A DNA stretch of 64,000 bases, from assembly GCA_965218435.1 (NCBI GenBank), contig CBDCKW010000009.1, forward strand, positions 416,001 to 480,000, in the 5' to 3' direction. This stretch comes from Truepera sp. (lineage in GTDB: Bacteria > Deinococcota > Deinococci > Deinococcales > Trueperaceae). Both the position numbers and the translations under genes were made by a program. The first letter of the stretch is position 1. Each line of letters begins with the position of its first letter. This document shows positions 25,911 through 37,424 of this stretch, in pieces. The notes beneath the pieces were generated by a model. The model did no database searches. It was not told the origin of the DNA and was given only the letters and a program-made list of their open reading frames with translations.

Positions 25911-26507
25911 TCACGTTTCACCATACGCCGACGATAGAAAGGTCCAGCTTGGGAACGTCTCTTCGAGGTAAGGAAGATGTTGATTCCAGCGTTCAGCTGA
26001 ACAAGTTTTTATGGGTAAAAGGGTCGGGCGCATCTGCTCGAGCCGATACCCCCAGCTAAACCTGGCGATAGTTTCAACCGTGCGCGTTCTGCCGACATCG
26101 GGACAAATCGCAAGAAACGTTTCAGCTAGCCAGGTTTCATCAGAACGGGGCGGATTGGGGCCGGGAGCGTCGAACATGGTGGGTTTCTCACCGAACGGCG
26201 TAAATGGCAGCTCGAGGCCGTGCTGATTCGGCGTCTGGTCTATCGCCGTCCGCGTTTCTCCAGAGAGCGTATCGTTGACCGTAATGAGCTGAATCCAACC
26301 CATCGTCGCGTAGTAACCGGGGCCTTCATACTCAATCTCAGCCTCGCAAACAGGAAAACCTTTGATGAGTTCCAAGTCAAAGGGTAAATTGAGCAGACCG
26401 AAACCCCAAGCTTGCGGGTTCGTATTCGCTTCGTAGTGGACAACCACGCGTCCTGAAAAACCGCGCAAGCTAAACGGCATCGTTAAAGCTGGGCCTTCTG
26501 AAAACAT
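25911..26507 (-). CDS. Hypothetical protein inserted in the iol cluster
   Basis: ORF of about 200 aa with protein-like composition. Start uncertain (26540/26507/26480). Confidence 0.7.
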   Translation of the reverse strand: MFSEGPALTMPFSLRGFSGRVVVHYEANTNPQAWGFGLLNLPFDLELIKGFPVCEAEIEYEGPGYYATMGWIQLITVNDTLSGETRTAIDQTPNQHGLELPFTPFGEKPTMFDAPGPNPPRSDETWLAETFLAICPDVGRTRTVETIARFSWGYRLEQMRPTLLPIKTCSAERWNQHLPYLEETFPSWTFLSSAYGET

Positions 26508-26549
26508 CTTAGTTCTCGAGCCCCCAACTTTGCACTGCACCGAACCCGT

Positions 26550-27557
26550 TCACAACGTAATCTCCGAAACCTCAACCGGACGGTTTTCTTTAAGGCTTTT
26601 CGTTGCTGCTAAGGCTAATCGGAGAGCTTCAAGCGCATCCTCAGCTCCCGGCGTCGGTGCTTGACCTGCTTTTACGGCGTCTACAAACGCTTGCACCTCG
26701 GCGCGGTAGGCGTCCCGGAAACGCTCGAGAAAATAGTACACGTAATCGCCCTGAATCCCGGCCTCACCGTATTTCCACACCGGCGTCGCCCGCTCCGCTT
26801 CGGTGACGAGTTTGCCGCGTTCACCGTGAACCTCGACGCGGAGGTCGTAGCCGTGGACGGTACGGCGGCTGTTTTGAATCACGCCGATTGCGCCTGAAGT
26901 GAACTCGAGGGTCAAAATACTCGTGTCAACGTCGCCGTGCGCCTCCATGTACGGAGCCACGAGCACCCGCCCGAGTGCCGTCACCCGCGTCACGTCGCCC
27001 AGCATAAAGCGGGCGATGTCAAGGTCGTGGATGACCGAATCAATAAACATCCCGCCTGAAGTCTCAACGTAGCTTTCCGGCGGCGGGGTCGGGTCGGACG
27101 ACTGCGAGCGGAACATCTCGGGGCGGCCCAGCTCACCGGCGTGAATGGCCCGCGCCACCTCCCGAAAACCCGCGTCGAAGCGGCGGTTGAAGCCGATTTG
27201 GAAGGGGACGCCCGCCGCGTTGACGGCGTTTAGCGCGTCCTGCGTCGTCTTAAGCTCGAGCGCGACGGGTTTCTCGCAAAAAATGGCTTTGCCCGCCTCA
27301 GCTGCCGCCGTAATCTGCTCCGCGTGAAGCGTCGTCGGTGAGGCGATAAGTACGGCGTCTACACCCGGATAGGCCAGCAGTTCGTCAGCGTTTTGTAAAG
27401 CGACGGCCCCGCCGTAAGCCGCCTTTTGCGCCGCGTCCGGATTCGCGTCCATCACCGCGACGAGGTGTGCCCCGTCAATACTGCCTGCCAAATTACGGGC
27501 GTGAAGTGCGCCGATACGCCCTGCGCCGATTACGCCAAAGCCTAAAGAATGTGTCAA
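26550..27557 (-). CDS. iolG: Inositol 2-dehydrogenase
   Basis: GAGRIG, CEKP, GFNRRFD, SGGMFID..IHD. Confidence 0.9.
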   Translation of the reverse strand: MTHSLGFGVIGAGRIGALHARNLAGSIDGAHLVAVMDANPDAAQKAAYGGAVALQNADELLAYPGVDAVLIASPTTLHAEQITAAAEAGKAIFCEKPVALELKTTQDALNAVNAAGVPFQIGFNRRFDAGFREVARAIHAGELGRPEMFRSQSSDPTPPPESYVETSGGMFIDSVIHDLDIARFMLGDVTRVTALGRVLVAPYMEAHGDVDTSILTLEFTSGAIGVIQNSRRTVHGYDLRVEVHGERGKLVTEAERATPVWKYGEAGIQGDYVYYFLERFRDAYRAEVQAFVDAVKAGQAPTPGAEDALEALRLALAATKSLKENRPVEVSEITL

Positions 27558-27569
27558 CGTCTATATCCT

Positions 27570-29447
27570 TTACTTAAATACGGTCTGCTTTTTCTTGTCT
27601 TGTTCGTACTGACGGCGCTTTTCTCTTACACTCTCGGACTCTGACACCTCTGCCACCGGAACGTCCCACCAGCCGCCGAACGCGTAACCGCCGACGCGTT
27701 TTTCAGGATTGACCTCTACGACGACGACGTTCACGCCCTTACGCGACTTGGCCTCTTGTAACGCCTGCTGAAAGTCGGTTTCGGTGCGGGTATAGACGGC
27801 GTGTGCCCCCATCGCAGCGGCGTGAGCGCGGTAGTCCACTGGGATGTAAGGGCCGTCTAACAGGTTTTGAGCGTTGCGAGAACGCAGCTCGAGCCCGAAG
27901 TGCGGCGTCCCCGTCGAGCGTTGCAAGCCGTGAATACTCTGGTAGCCGTGGTTGTCCACTAGAACAATGGTAAGGTCTAGCGCCTCAGCAACTGCCGTGA
28001 CGATTTCGGAGTTCAGCATCAGGTACGAACCGTCACCGATCATCACTATGACGTCACGCTCCGGTTCAGCTAGTTTGACGCCGAGCCCTGCCGGAATCTC
28101 GTAGCCCATACACGAGTAGCCGTACTCGACGTGGTAACCGCGCGGGTCGCGGGTCCGCCAGAGTTTGTGCAAATCACCGGGCATACTGCCAGCGGCGCAG
28201 ATCATGGCGGCATCTTTGCCCATGACTTCATTGACCATGCCGATCACTGCACCTTGCGCCAAATCTTCAGGGTCGTCCACCGTAAAAATCTCGTTTACGG
28301 TACCGTCCCATGTTTGTTTGAGTTCGGTGATCTTTTTACGATAGCTTTCAGTGGTGCCTGTGTAGCTTTGCAGGCTTGAGGAGAGGGACTCGAGCCCCCG
28401 TTTTGCGTCTCCCACAAGTGGCAACGCAAAAAGCTTATGCGCGTCTAACGGTGACACATTGAGCCCGATAAAGGTTGCCTCCGGCCCAAAGGTCGTTTTC
28501 GAGCCGGTCGTAAAGTCGGCGAGCCGAGTACCGATAGCGAGCACTACGTCGGCCTCAACCGCTAATTGATTCGCGGCGCTTCCGCCCGTCGCCCCGACTG
28601 CGCCAACGTTCATGGGATGGTTCCAGGGGACGCCGCCCTTGCCCGCTTGCGTCTCTCCTATAGGAATGCCGTACCGCTCGGCAAAGTTGGCTAGGGCTTC
28701 GCTCGAGCCGCTATATTTGACGCCGCCGCCCATCACGATAAAAGGGCGTTCGGCATTTTTGAGAAGTTCTGCTGCTTGTTCAACCAGCTCAGGTTCGACC
28801 GGCGGACGGCGTACCCGCCACACTCGTTTGGCGAACATGCTCTCAGGCCACTCGAAAGCTTCAGCCTGCACGTCTTCAGGTAGAGAAATCGTCACCGCGC
28901 CGGTTTCGGCGGGGTCGGTCAAAACGCGCATGGCTTCGGGTAGTGCGCTGAGGAGCTGTTCAGGGCGTGAGATGCGGGTATAAAACCTCGAGACCGGCCG
29001 GAAGATGTCGTTGATGCTCAGGTCGTGTTCAGTAGGGTGCTCGAGCCCCTGTAACACCGGGTCGGGGATTCGGTTAGCAAAAAAGTCCGAGGGTAGTAAG
29101 AGCACCGGCAAACGGTTAATGGTGGCGAGCGCCGCGCCGGTGACCATGTTCGAGCTGCCGGGGCCGACGGACGCGGTACAGGCGAAGGTTGACAACCGGT
29201 TCTTGTGCCGAGCGTAGGCGGCGGCGAGATGGACTTGTCCCTGTTCATTTTGCGGGCGGTAAAAGGGCATCACGCTTGGGTCGGTGTCAGCCAGAGCTTG
29301 CCCCAGCCCCGCGACGTTGCCGTGACCGAAGATGCCCCAGGTTCCGGCGATGAGGCGCTGCTCTGCGCCGTCTCGCTCTGAATACTGCACGCTTAAAAAC
29401 CTGACGAGCGCCTGCGCAACCGTCAAACGGATAGATGGTTGGGTCAT
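27570..29447 (-). CDS. iolD: 3D-(3,5/4)-trihydroxycyclohexane-1,2-dione hydrolase (TPP-dependent)
   Basis: GIFGHGNV, EYGYSCMGYE, GDGSYLM, WWDVPV. Confidence 0.96.
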   Translation of the reverse strand: MTQPSIRLTVAQALVRFLSVQYSERDGAEQRLIAGTWGIFGHGNVAGLGQALADTDPSVMPFYRPQNEQGQVHLAAAYARHKNRLSTFACTASVGPGSSNMVTGAALATINRLPVLLLPSDFFANRIPDPVLQGLEHPTEHDLSINDIFRPVSRFYTRISRPEQLLSALPEAMRVLTDPAETGAVTISLPEDVQAEAFEWPESMFAKRVWRVRRPPVEPELVEQAAELLKNAERPFIVMGGGVKYSGSSEALANFAERYGIPIGETQAGKGGVPWNHPMNVGAVGATGGSAANQLAVEADVVLAIGTRLADFTTGSKTTFGPEATFIGLNVSPLDAHKLFALPLVGDAKRGLESLSSSLQSYTGTTESYRKKITELKQTWDGTVNEIFTVDDPEDLAQGAVIGMVNEVMGKDAAMICAAGSMPGDLHKLWRTRDPRGYHVEYGYSCMGYEIPAGLGVKLAEPERDVIVMIGDGSYLMLNSEIVTAVAEALDLTIVLVDNHGYQSIHGLQRSTGTPHFGLELRSRNAQNLLDGPYIPVDYRAHAAAMGAHAVYTRTETDFQQALQEAKSRKGVNVVVVEVNPEKRVGGYAFGGWWDVPVAEVSESESVREKRRQYEQDKKKQTVFK

Positions 29448-30457
29448 GCTGGAACCTTCTCTGAAAACGTTGTAACTTGAACGGTTTGGTTGTTCGTAAG
29501 CGCGTACTGCGCAGCCAACGCCAATTTAAGAGTCTTTGTAGCGTCTTCTGCGTTGGGAGAAACGGGGCGGTTTTCAAGTAGACATAAAGCGAACGCCCTG
29601 AGTTCAGCCGTATAAGCCGCCAAAAACCGCTCTTCAAAGTTCTGCGGGCCGCGCGTGATTGCGCCTTCGGCAGTGTAGCGGGTCAGATGTAGGGGCGAGG
29701 TCATCTCGAGCTGTAATCTACCCCTTTCACCGAGTATGTCCGCGCGAATCTCATAGCCGTAAACGGTGTAGAGGCCCAGCTCGAGCGTTCCCAACACGCC
29801 GTTTTCAAACCGGACGGTAGCGACGGCGCTGTCGAACAGGCCGTACTCCGCTAATTCCGGCATCCTCTGAACCGAACCCGTCGCGTGAACCTCAGCGACT
29901 TCACCGACCAAAAAACGCATCGTGTCGAGGTCGTGAATCCCTAAGTCGAGCATCAACCCACCGGACGTTTTAAGAAACTCGAGCGGCGGCGGCGCAGGGT
30001 CCCTGGACACGCCCCTGAATGTCAGCAGCTGACCGAGTTCACCTGCTGTAATGGCCCGCTTTGCCTCGATATACGCCGGGTCAAAACGGCGCTGAAAGCC
30101 TACCTGACACTGGACTTGTGCTTTTTGAACGGCCTGAAGCACATCTTGTGCTTCCGTCAGCGTTGCCGTGAGAGGCTTTTCAACAAAGATATGCTTGCCA
30201 GCTTCCGCCGCTTTTTGAATCAGCGCCGCGTGGGTCGGTGTCGGCGCGGTGATGAGTACAGCGTCTAGTTCAGGGTCGGCGAGGGTTTCCTCGAGCGTTT
30301 TTACGGCGACGCCTAAAGTTTCAGCGAGACGCGCCGCGTTTTCTGCTACGGGGTCGCAGACGGCGCGAAGCTCGAGCTCCGGCACCGCTCTCAGCGCCTT
30401 GGCGTGCGTCTGCGCCATCCGTCCGGCCCCGACAAGTGCAGCACTGACTTTACGCAT
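29444..30457 (-). CDS. Second inositol dehydrogenase (Gfo/Idh/MocA)
   Basis: [29 protein letters not shown]. Confidence 0.88.
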   Translation of the reverse strand: MRKVSAALVGAGRMAQTHAKALRAVPELELRAVCDPVAENAARLAETLGVAVKTLEETLADPELDAVLITAPTPTHAALIQKAAEAGKHIFVEKPLTATLTEAQDVLQAVQKAQVQCQVGFQRRFDPAYIEAKRAITAGELGQLLTFRGVSRDPAPPPLEFLKTSGGLMLDLGIHDLDTMRFLVGEVAEVHATGSVQRMPELAEYGLFDSAVATVRFENGVLGTLELGLYTVYGYEIRADILGERGRLQLEMTSPLHLTRYTAEGAITRGPQNFEERFLAAYTAELRAFALCLLENRPVSPNAEDATKTLKLALAAQYALTNNQTVQVTTFSEKVPA

Positions 30458-31277
30458 GGGACTCGGTTACGTCTTGCTCATTATCCCGTTCAAACTCCCT
30501 GATTTCGGCCTCGAGGTCAGACAGTTCTTGCCCGCCCGCCATCATCTCCAACACCTCTTCACGGCTCACGTCGGACTTGCGGAAGGTGCCGTAGCTCTGC
30601 CCGCGCTTTAAGATGGTAAAGGCGTCGGCCACCGGATAGGCGTGATGGACGTTGTGCGTGATAAAAATGACGGCGAGTCCCTTCGCCTTAGCCTGCGCGA
30701 TGTAGCGCAGCACCACGCCCGCTTGTTTGACGCCTAACGCCGAGGTCGGTTCGTCTAAGATCAAAACTTTGGCCCCGAAGTAAACCGCTCGAGCAATCGC
30801 CACACACTGCCGCTCCCCACCCGACATTGTACCGACCGCCTGACCGGGGTCGCGTACGTCAATCTCCATCTTGCGCAGCTCTTCACGTACCGTTTCCTCA
30901 GCCTTGCTCAGGTCAAAACGCCTGAGCGGTCCCCAGCCTTTTGTGGGTTCACGGCCCATAAAAAAGTTGCGGGTGACGCTCATCAGCGGTTGAATCGCCA
31001 GATGTTGATGTACCGTCGCAATCCCTGCGTCGAGTGCATCTTTGGGTGAATGAAAATGGACGGTACGCCCCTCAACCGAAATCTGCCCGCTGCTGGGTTC
31101 ATGGACCCCAGAAAGTGTTTTGATGAGCGTAGATTTACCTGCGCCGTTATCGCCTAACAAGCACATGACTTCACCGGCGGCGACCTTCATCGAGATGTCT
31201 TGGAGCGCGATCACCGATCCGAAGAACTTCGACAGCTCGCTGACTTCGATAAGCGGGGCGTCAGGGGCGCGGGTCAT
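30450..31277 (-). CDS. Sugar (inositol) ABC transporter ATP-binding protein
   Basis: [19 protein letters not shown]. Confidence 0.93.
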   Translation of the reverse strand: MTRAPDAPLIEVSELSKFFGSVIALQDISMKVAAGEVMCLLGDNGAGKSTLIKTLSGVHEPSSGQISVEGRTVHFHSPKDALDAGIATVHQHLAIQPLMSVTRNFFMGREPTKGWGPLRRFDLSKAEETVREELRKMEIDVRDPGQAVGTMSGGERQCVAIARAVYFGAKVLILDEPTSALGVKQAGVVLRYIAQAKAKGLAVIFITHNVHHAYPVADAFTILKRGQSYGTFRKSDVSREEVLEMMAGGQELSDLEAEIREFERDNEQDVTESHA

Positions 31278-32302
31278 TTGGCCTCCGTCGCACGTCTGCG
31301 AATAAAGTTGTTAAAGACAACGGCAATCAGCAGCATCGCGCCCAAAAAGACCTGAAACCAGTCGGTATTGACGCCGGTAAAAAAGATGCCTTGCTGCACC
31401 ATGCCGAAGATCAGCGCCCCGAACACTGCGCCGATGGCTGAACCGTAACCACCTGTGAGCAAACACCCGCCGATGACGGCGGCGATAATGGCCTCGAACT
31501 CTTTACCGGTGCCCCTAGTTACGTCAGCGGAGCCGAAATCAAGAACTTGGAGCGCGGCAAAGATCGTTGCAGAAACCGCTGTTCCCATAAAGAGGGCGAT
31601 GCGGACGCGGCTCACCGGCACGCCTGAGTTACGCGCCGCCTCGGGGTCGCCGCCGACGCCGAAAATCCAGTTGCCGGGGCGCGTTTTAGTCAGTATCCAG
31701 GTCGCCACCGCAGCTAATACTAGCCACCAGTAGACCGATACGGGGATGCCAAAGACGTTGCCGATAAAAAGCTGGGCAAGCGGGTCGGACTCTGCTACTG
31801 TTTTGAGACCTGAAACCTGCGTGCGTCCGGTGATGAGGCGGGTTGCGCCGATGGTCAGGCCGCGCAAGATAAAGAGCGACGCCAGCGTCACGATAAACGA
31901 GGGCAACCGGGTCCGGTTGACGATGACGCCGTTCAGTAGCCCCACGAGCAGCGCAAAGGCAAAGGCAAGCAAGATCGCGGCCCACACGGGCCAATTGTAG
32001 ATCGAGACGGGAATGGCGATGACCATTCCGGCTGCGCCGATCATCGAACCGATCGAGAGGTCGAACTCGCCGCCGATCATGAGTAAAGCGGCGGCCACCG
32101 CTAAGATGCCGAGTTGGGCGGAGACCTCGAGCCAACTCACCACGCCGCGAAAGTTGAGAAAACCCGAATTACCGGCGACCACGGCAAAAAAGATAAAGAC
32201 TAAAATAGCGCCTGCCACCGCGCCGAGTTCGGGGCGGCTCAGGAGTTTACGCCAGGAACTTACGGCCCGGACGCGTTCATCGGTTAGGGGCGTGGTACTC
32301 AA
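31274..32302 (-). CDS. Sugar (inositol) ABC transporter permease
   Basis: [26 protein letters not shown]. Confidence 0.93.
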   Translation of the reverse strand: MSTTPLTDERVRAVSSWRKLLSRPELGAVAGAILVFIFFAVVAGNSGFLNFRGVVSWLEVSAQLGILAVAAALLMIGGEFDLSIGSMIGAAGMVIAIPVSIYNWPVWAAILLAFAFALLVGLLNGVIVNRTRLPSFIVTLASLFILRGLTIGATRLITGRTQVSGLKTVAESDPLAQLFIGNVFGIPVSVYWWLVLAAVATWILTKTRPGNWIFGVGGDPEAARNSGVPVSRVRIALFMGTAVSATIFAALQVLDFGSADVTRGTGKEFEAIIAAVIGGCLLTGGYGSAIGAVFGALIFGMVQQGIFFTGVNTDWFQVFLGAMLLIAVVFNNFIRRRATEAK

Positions 32303-32449
32303 ACTGGCTCCTTACGGTCTCAAGAGGTTCCCAGCGGGTCTCGAGCTGCATAAAAGACGGCTAAAGACATAAGTAAAGAAATACATAAGTAAAGCCTGTA
32401 GCTTTAAGTTTACCCGAAAGCCACAGGCTGAAACTGTCTTCCAACGTTA

Positions 32450-33397
32450 CTAGCGAATCCCTTTGGCGCTCAGCGCGATGACCTGCTCGGCATTTTCGGG
32501 TGTCACAAAGCCGGGGCCAGTCAAGATAATAGGGTCAGCCGGAAGCAGACCGTACTGAATGTAATTGGTCAAAAACACGATCGGCAGGTAACCTTGCAGA
32601 TACTGCTGCTGGTCAATGGCAAAGTTGATCTCTTTATCTACCAAAGCTTGCAAGATGGTCGGTGAGAGGTCAAAGATACCGACCTGCACGTTGCCGAGTT
32701 GCCCGCCTTCACGGAGCGCCTCGATGGTGGGTTCGCCGCCCAAAGGCCCGACGGCTAACACGCCCTGAATATCAGGGTTTTGGGTAAACGCCGCCGAGAC
32801 CGCGTTGCGCACTTCGGTTGGGTCACTTGAAACCGACAGCACGTTGACCGTCGCGCCGTCGCCGAGACCCTGTTTGAACCCGTCGCAGCGTTGGTCGAGC
32901 GCGACGTTACCGACTTCGTGGTTGACACAGATGGCGTTTTTGACGTTGGCTTCAGCCATCTGCTCACCTGCGCCAACCCCGGCTTCAAATTCTGTCTGCC
33001 CGACGTGCCGTAAAACGCCGAGGTCCTTAAACACGTCCGAACCCGAGTTCATAGACATTACCGGAATCCCGGCGTCTACCGCGGCGCGAACCGAATCGCC
33101 CAGCGCGTCGGCGTCAGGAATCGAGACGACCAGGCCGTCGGGTTGTGAGGCGACGGCTGCGTCTATAAGTTGCGCCATTCGGGGCATATCGAAGGTTTCG
33201 GGGGCGCGGTACTCGACCTGAATGCCCATATCTTTAGCGGCCTGCGTGACGCCGTTACTGACGACCGACCAAAACGGATCGGAGGCGCTGCCGTGCGTGA
33301 CGACGACAATACGGATGTCTCCGCGAGGTTTGACATCCTGAGCAAACGTAAAGGTAAAACCGGTGAGCAGGAGTAACGAAAAGGCCAAACGCTTCAT
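32450..33397 (-). CDS. Sugar (inositol) ABC transporter substrate-binding protein
   Basis: Signal peptide, [21 protein letters not shown]. Confidence 0.92.
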   Translation of the reverse strand: MKRLAFSLLLLTGFTFTFAQDVKPRGDIRIVVVTHGSASDPFWSVVSNGVTQAAKDMGIQVEYRAPETFDMPRMAQLIDAAVASQPDGLVVSIPDADALGDSVRAAVDAGIPVMSMNSGSDVFKDLGVLRHVGQTEFEAGVGAGEQMAEANVKNAICVNHEVGNVALDQRCDGFKQGLGDGATVNVLSVSSDPTEVRNAVSAAFTQNPDIQGVLAVGPLGGEPTIEALREGGQLGNVQVGIFDLSPTILQALVDKEINFAIDQQQYLQGYLPIVFLTNYIQYGLLPADPIILTGPGFVTPENAEQVIALSAKGIR

Positions 33398-33783
33398 ACA
33401 GGCTCCTTTAGGGTGGGCGCTTCACTCCTATAAGACCGTTTTTAACCTTTAGGGCGAACCGCCGCACATTGAGATGTGACGAGAAAACTATACGGCCCGG
33501 TTTTGGGCGTGTCAACGGGTACGCCGCTTGAAAAAGGCTGAGCCTTGCCAAAGATAGGGCTAAGACTATGACAAAAGCAACGCCGTTTGAAAAAGCTTTC
33601 TAAATCGTGTGGAAACTGATTGAAGGCTCGAGTCAAACAAACCTTAACCGAAACTTGTTGCTGTAACGAGGCCGGGTTGGCCTAGAACTTAACAAAGTTC
33701 TCTGTCTACAGATTGTATTACAAACATGATCGCAACAAACGCGTTCGTAACATGCTCTTATAACGTAGTCGAGAGGAGAAAAG

Positions 33784-34686
33784 ATGAAAGCAGTACAGTT
33801 TGCCAAATACGGTGGCCCCGACGTGTTACAGCTGGTCGAGGTTGATGAACCCCACGCCGGTCAAGGTCAGGTAAGGATCAAGGTTCGCGCCGCTGGAGTC
33901 AACGGGCTCGACTGGAAAATCCGGGAAGGGTATATGCGCGAGGCGATGCCGCTCACGCTCCCGGCCGGAACCGGGATGGAAGCCGCTGGTGTCGTTGACG
34001 AAGTGGGCGAAGGTGTAACCGAGGTTGAGGTCGGTGACGCTGTCTTTGGCTACGGTTCCGCGACGTTGGCCGAGGTCGCGGTGCTCTCGAGCTGGGCAAA
34101 AAAACCTGCCGAGCTGCCCTTTGAAGAAGCTGCCGGTTATCCGGCTGCGGTTGAGACAGCCCTGCGGATTTTGGCTCAGGTTGGCGTGCAGCTGGGTGAG
34201 ACGTTGCTCGTAAGCGGCGCAAGCGGCGGTGTAGGTTCGGCCGTCGTTCAGTTTGCCCGCGAGCGCGGGATTAAGGTCATCGGCACAGCCAGCGAACGCA
34301 ATCACGACTATTTGCAAAAACTCGGTGCGGTACCTACGACCTACGGACCCGGTCTGCTCGAGCGGGTCCGCGCCTTGGCCCCGGATGGGGTTGACGCGGC
34401 CCTAGATATCGCCGGGTCCGGCGTCATTCCCGAGCTGATCGAACTCACCGGCGAACCCGCGAAGGTTTTGTCTATCGCCGACTTTAGTGCGCCCGAGTAT
34501 GGGGCACAGGTTTCGGACACGTTTAGCAATGCCGCGGACGCTTTTGCAGAGGCGGCGCGGCTCTTCTCCGAGGGTGCGTTTCAGCTGCCGGTCGAGAAGA
34601 CTTTTCCGCTCGAGCAAGCAGGTGAGGCGCAAGCTGAAAACGCGGCTGGGCACACCGTCGGCAAGCTCGTCGTTACAGTGTCTTAG
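33784..34686 (+). CDS. NADP-dependent oxidoreductase (quinone oxidoreductase/MDR family)
   Basis: YGGPDVL, GASGGVG, GKLVV. GAGGAG SD. Confidence 0.92.
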   Translation: MKAVQFAKYGGPDVLQLVEVDEPHAGQGQVRIKVRAAGVNGLDWKIREGYMREAMPLTLPAGTGMEAAGVVDEVGEGVTEVEVGDAVFGYGSATLAEVAVLSSWAKKPAELPFEEAAGYPAAVETALRILAQVGVQLGETLLVSGASGGVGSAVVQFARERGIKVIGTASERNHDYLQKLGAVPTTYGPGLLERVRALAPDGVDAALDIAGSGVIPELIELTGEPAKVLSIADFSAPEYGAQVSDTFSNAADAFAEAARLFSEGAFQLPVEKTFPLEQAGEAQAENAAGHTVGKLVVTVS

Positions 34687-34690
34687 AGAC

Positions 34691-34906
34691 TTGGCTGTAA
34701 GCTCAAACGGGGAGACTACGCCCCAAAGCCGACCGGCAAAACCGGTGCGGACCCGTGAAGGGATTGTTGCCGCCGCGCTGACGATTTCGCAAGCTGAAGG
34801 GTTGGGCAAAGTGACGATGCGCCGCAATGCGGCGCTCGACAGAGGTTCTCCTCGGCGGTGTTTTAAGCACCCACCAATACTAAAAGGCGGCGTTAAAAGG
34901 CAGTGA
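34691..34906 (+). pseudogene. Truncated TetR-family regulator (N-terminal HTH fragment)
   Basis: RPAKPVRTREGIVAAALTISQAEGLGKVTMRR resembles TetR helices 1-2, then similarity is lost and the frame stops. Confidence 0.65.
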
Positions 34907-35130
34907 TGAGCGTGCCCTATAGCGCAGCTTAGTTTTAGTATCTCAAACCCTACTTACAGCACTGCCACGAGAAATTGCAACTAGTACCAGTACTACTGTG
35001 AAATTACTGTAGAACCATGATGAAATGTGTGTGCCGGTCAGCAAAACCTATCGGGAGAGCGTTGTTCCCCGAGCTTCGTACTCGCTGACTATATCTGCCA
35101 AAAACCAAAAAATGTGCGTATGCTAACAGG

Positions 35131-36456
35131 ATGACCGGCAAGCTAACCGACCCCACCACCCTTACGCTGACGCAGCTCGCCCGCGCGTTCCGGACCGGTC
35201 AACTGCGTCCGAGCACGGTGACCGAGGCGTATCTGGCGAAGCTCGAGCCCGGTCCCGTTTACCGCTTAGTTACCGCTAAGCGGGCGCGGGCACAAGCGGC
35301 GAAGGCCGACGCTCTTTTTGACGCCGGTACCGACTTGGGGCCGCTGCAGGGTGTCCCGCTGGCGCTTAAAGACCTGATGGATACCAAGGGCGACGTAACC
35401 GCGGCGGGCTCTAAGCTGTTCTTAAACCGTGCGACTGCAACGCAAGATTGTCCTGCGGCAGCGCGTTTAGACGCGGCGGGCGCAGTGTTTTTGGGTAAAA
35501 CCAACATGACCGAACTGGCCTTTTCGGGGCTCGGCTTAAACCCACACTTTGGCACCCCGGCAAACGTCTTTGACGCCGTGCGCGTTCCCGGTGGGTCGTC
35601 GTCGGGTGCAGGCGTGGCGGTGGCGTCGGGGTTGGCGTGCGCGGCCATCGGGTCGGATACCGGCGGTTCGGTACGGATTCCGGCGGCGTTTAACGGCCTC
35701 GTTGGGCTTAAAACCACGGACGGGGCTGTCCCACTCGAGGGATGTGTCCCACTTTCAACCACGCTCGATACGCTCGGGCCACTGACCCGCACCGCCGAAG
35801 ACGCGTGGCACGTGTGGTGGGCGCTGGTAGGCGTGGCTCCGGCCCCCTTTATGCCGACCGGCGTAACCGGTTTGCGCGTGCTCGCCCCAACAACGGTGTT
35901 GCAAGAGGATTTAGACGCTGAGGTTGCGGCGGCTTTTGCCGGGGTCTGTGAGCAGCTTACGGAACTCGGGGTAGAGCTCGAGACCCGCCCTCTACCCGTG
36001 TTAAACGAGCTGAACGGACTTTACAGGCGTTTTGGGAGCTTTGCGGCGCTCGAGGCGCTGGCCCTGTACGAAGACCTGCTAGGCCCCGGTAGCGAGGTTG
36101 ACCCGCGCGTCGCCACCCGTATTTTGGCCGGACGGAGCCGCAGCGCCGCGGACTATATCCGGCTGGGGTTTGAACGGACGCGGCTGCAAAGTGTTTTCTG
36201 GGCGGCGTGCGCCGGATTTGACGTCGTGCTTGCGCCGACGGTGGCGGTGCTCCCACCTAAGCTGACCGACCTGCAGACCGATGAAGCGTACTTTACGGCG
36301 AACAGCGCGGTGCTGCGTAACACCGCAATTTTTAATCTCTTGGGTGTTCCGGCGCTCAGCGTGCCGTGTGCGCCGATGATCGGCGTAATGGTCGCGGCGC
36401 GGCCGGGACAAGAAGCGTTGGTGCTGTCGGTCGCAGCGGCGCTTGAGGCCGGTTAG
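35131..36456 (+). CDS. Amidase signature family protein
   Basis: ALKDL, GGSSSG, GSDTGGSVRIPA. Confidence 0.93.
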   Translation: MTGKLTDPTTLTLTQLARAFRTGQLRPSTVTEAYLAKLEPGPVYRLVTAKRARAQAAKADALFDAGTDLGPLQGVPLALKDLMDTKGDVTAAGSKLFLNRATATQDCPAAARLDAAGAVFLGKTNMTELAFSGLGLNPHFGTPANVFDAVRVPGGSSSGAGVAVASGLACAAIGSDTGGSVRIPAAFNGLVGLKTTDGAVPLEGCVPLSTTLDTLGPLTRTAEDAWHVWWALVGVAPAPFMPTGVTGLRVLAPTTVLQEDLDAEVAAAFAGVCEQLTELGVELETRPLPVLNELNGLYRRFGSFAALEALALYEDLLGPGSEVDPRVATRILAGRSRSAADYIRLGFERTRLQSVFWAACAGFDVVLAPTVAVLPPKLTDLQTDEAYFTANSAVLRNTAIFNLLGVPALSVPCAPMIGVMVAARPGQEALVLSVAAALEAG

Positions 36457-36605
36457 AGCCGGGTTGACGCTCGCTTTTACAACGGTTTGGACGCGTGAGA
36501 GGCGCTACACTAAGTTACTGACTGCGGCATTCTTTAGTTCAAACTTCTTTGCCGTAAAACGTTGATAAACACCCCAACCGACTGAGTTTGTGAGACTGCC
36601 AGCCC

Positions 36606-37148
36606 CTAATACGTTTTTGTACTGTCAAAAATCTGCGTCGCCTGACCCGGTGGGGTAACAAAAAATTGGAGCGCAAGTTCGTAGCGTGGCCCCTGAAAAT
36701 ACGTAAGCGTCAGCGGATACTCGCCTTTGTCCAGCGTCATACTCGCCGTTTTTAGCACCGGGTCGTGTTCAAAGTCGTTGCTAACAACTAGCGCCGAACC
36801 GATGTAGAGCTTGGAGCCGTCGTCTGAGTTGAGCCCGAAGGTATACGTTCCGGCAGTCTCGATTCGCAACACGCCTTGATACTGCAACCCGAACCACTCG
36901 AGGCGGTCAGTTACTCCAGGAAAACCCTCCTCAAAGTCGCGCCGCGCGATATCTAAAGTGGTGGTGTAGAGCGTACCTACCGGCTCGAGCGCCGTAAAGT
37001 CGGGCAGTTTGGACGTTCCTTCGGGGACAAAGTAGAGTTGACCGACGAGCGCGTCCTCTACTACCTCTGAGGTACCAAAGTTTGCTTTGGTAGCGCAGCC
37101 TGTCAGACCTAGCAGCAAGCACAGCGTGGCCAGCAGTGTATTTTTCAC
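36606..37148 (-). CDS. PA14-domain lipoprotein
   Basis: LTGC lipobox, YTFGLNSDDGSKLYI, YFQGP. Confidence 0.88.
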   Translation of the reverse strand: MKNTLLATLCLLLGLTGCATKANFGTSEVVEDALVGQLYFVPEGTSKLPDFTALEPVGTLYTTTLDIARRDFEEGFPGVTDRLEWFGLQYQGVLRIETAGTYTFGLNSDDGSKLYIGSALVVSNDFEHDPVLKTASMTLDKGEYPLTLTYFQGPRYELALQFFVTPPGQATQIFDSTKTY

Positions 37149-37424
37149 CCGGTGTTTCCTCCGACACAGTTTTTTCCGGCCTTAGCTACCCCTAACCTGA
37201 CCAGCCAAGGTAACCTCTGTAACCGTTTAGCCAACAGCCTCCGGAGGTTACGGTGTTATCGCTTTGAAACTTCCTCGCGCGTATCGTCAGCCGTAAACCT
37301 GTGCCTGTAACTAAGCTCGAGCCCTGCAGCCCAAACGCGTGTAGTGCCAGTTTGCCCTACAATCAGGCGCGTGGCTGTGGTTTATCTCTCATCAACCAAA
37401 GTTAGGTTCCGCACGAAGTTAGCA

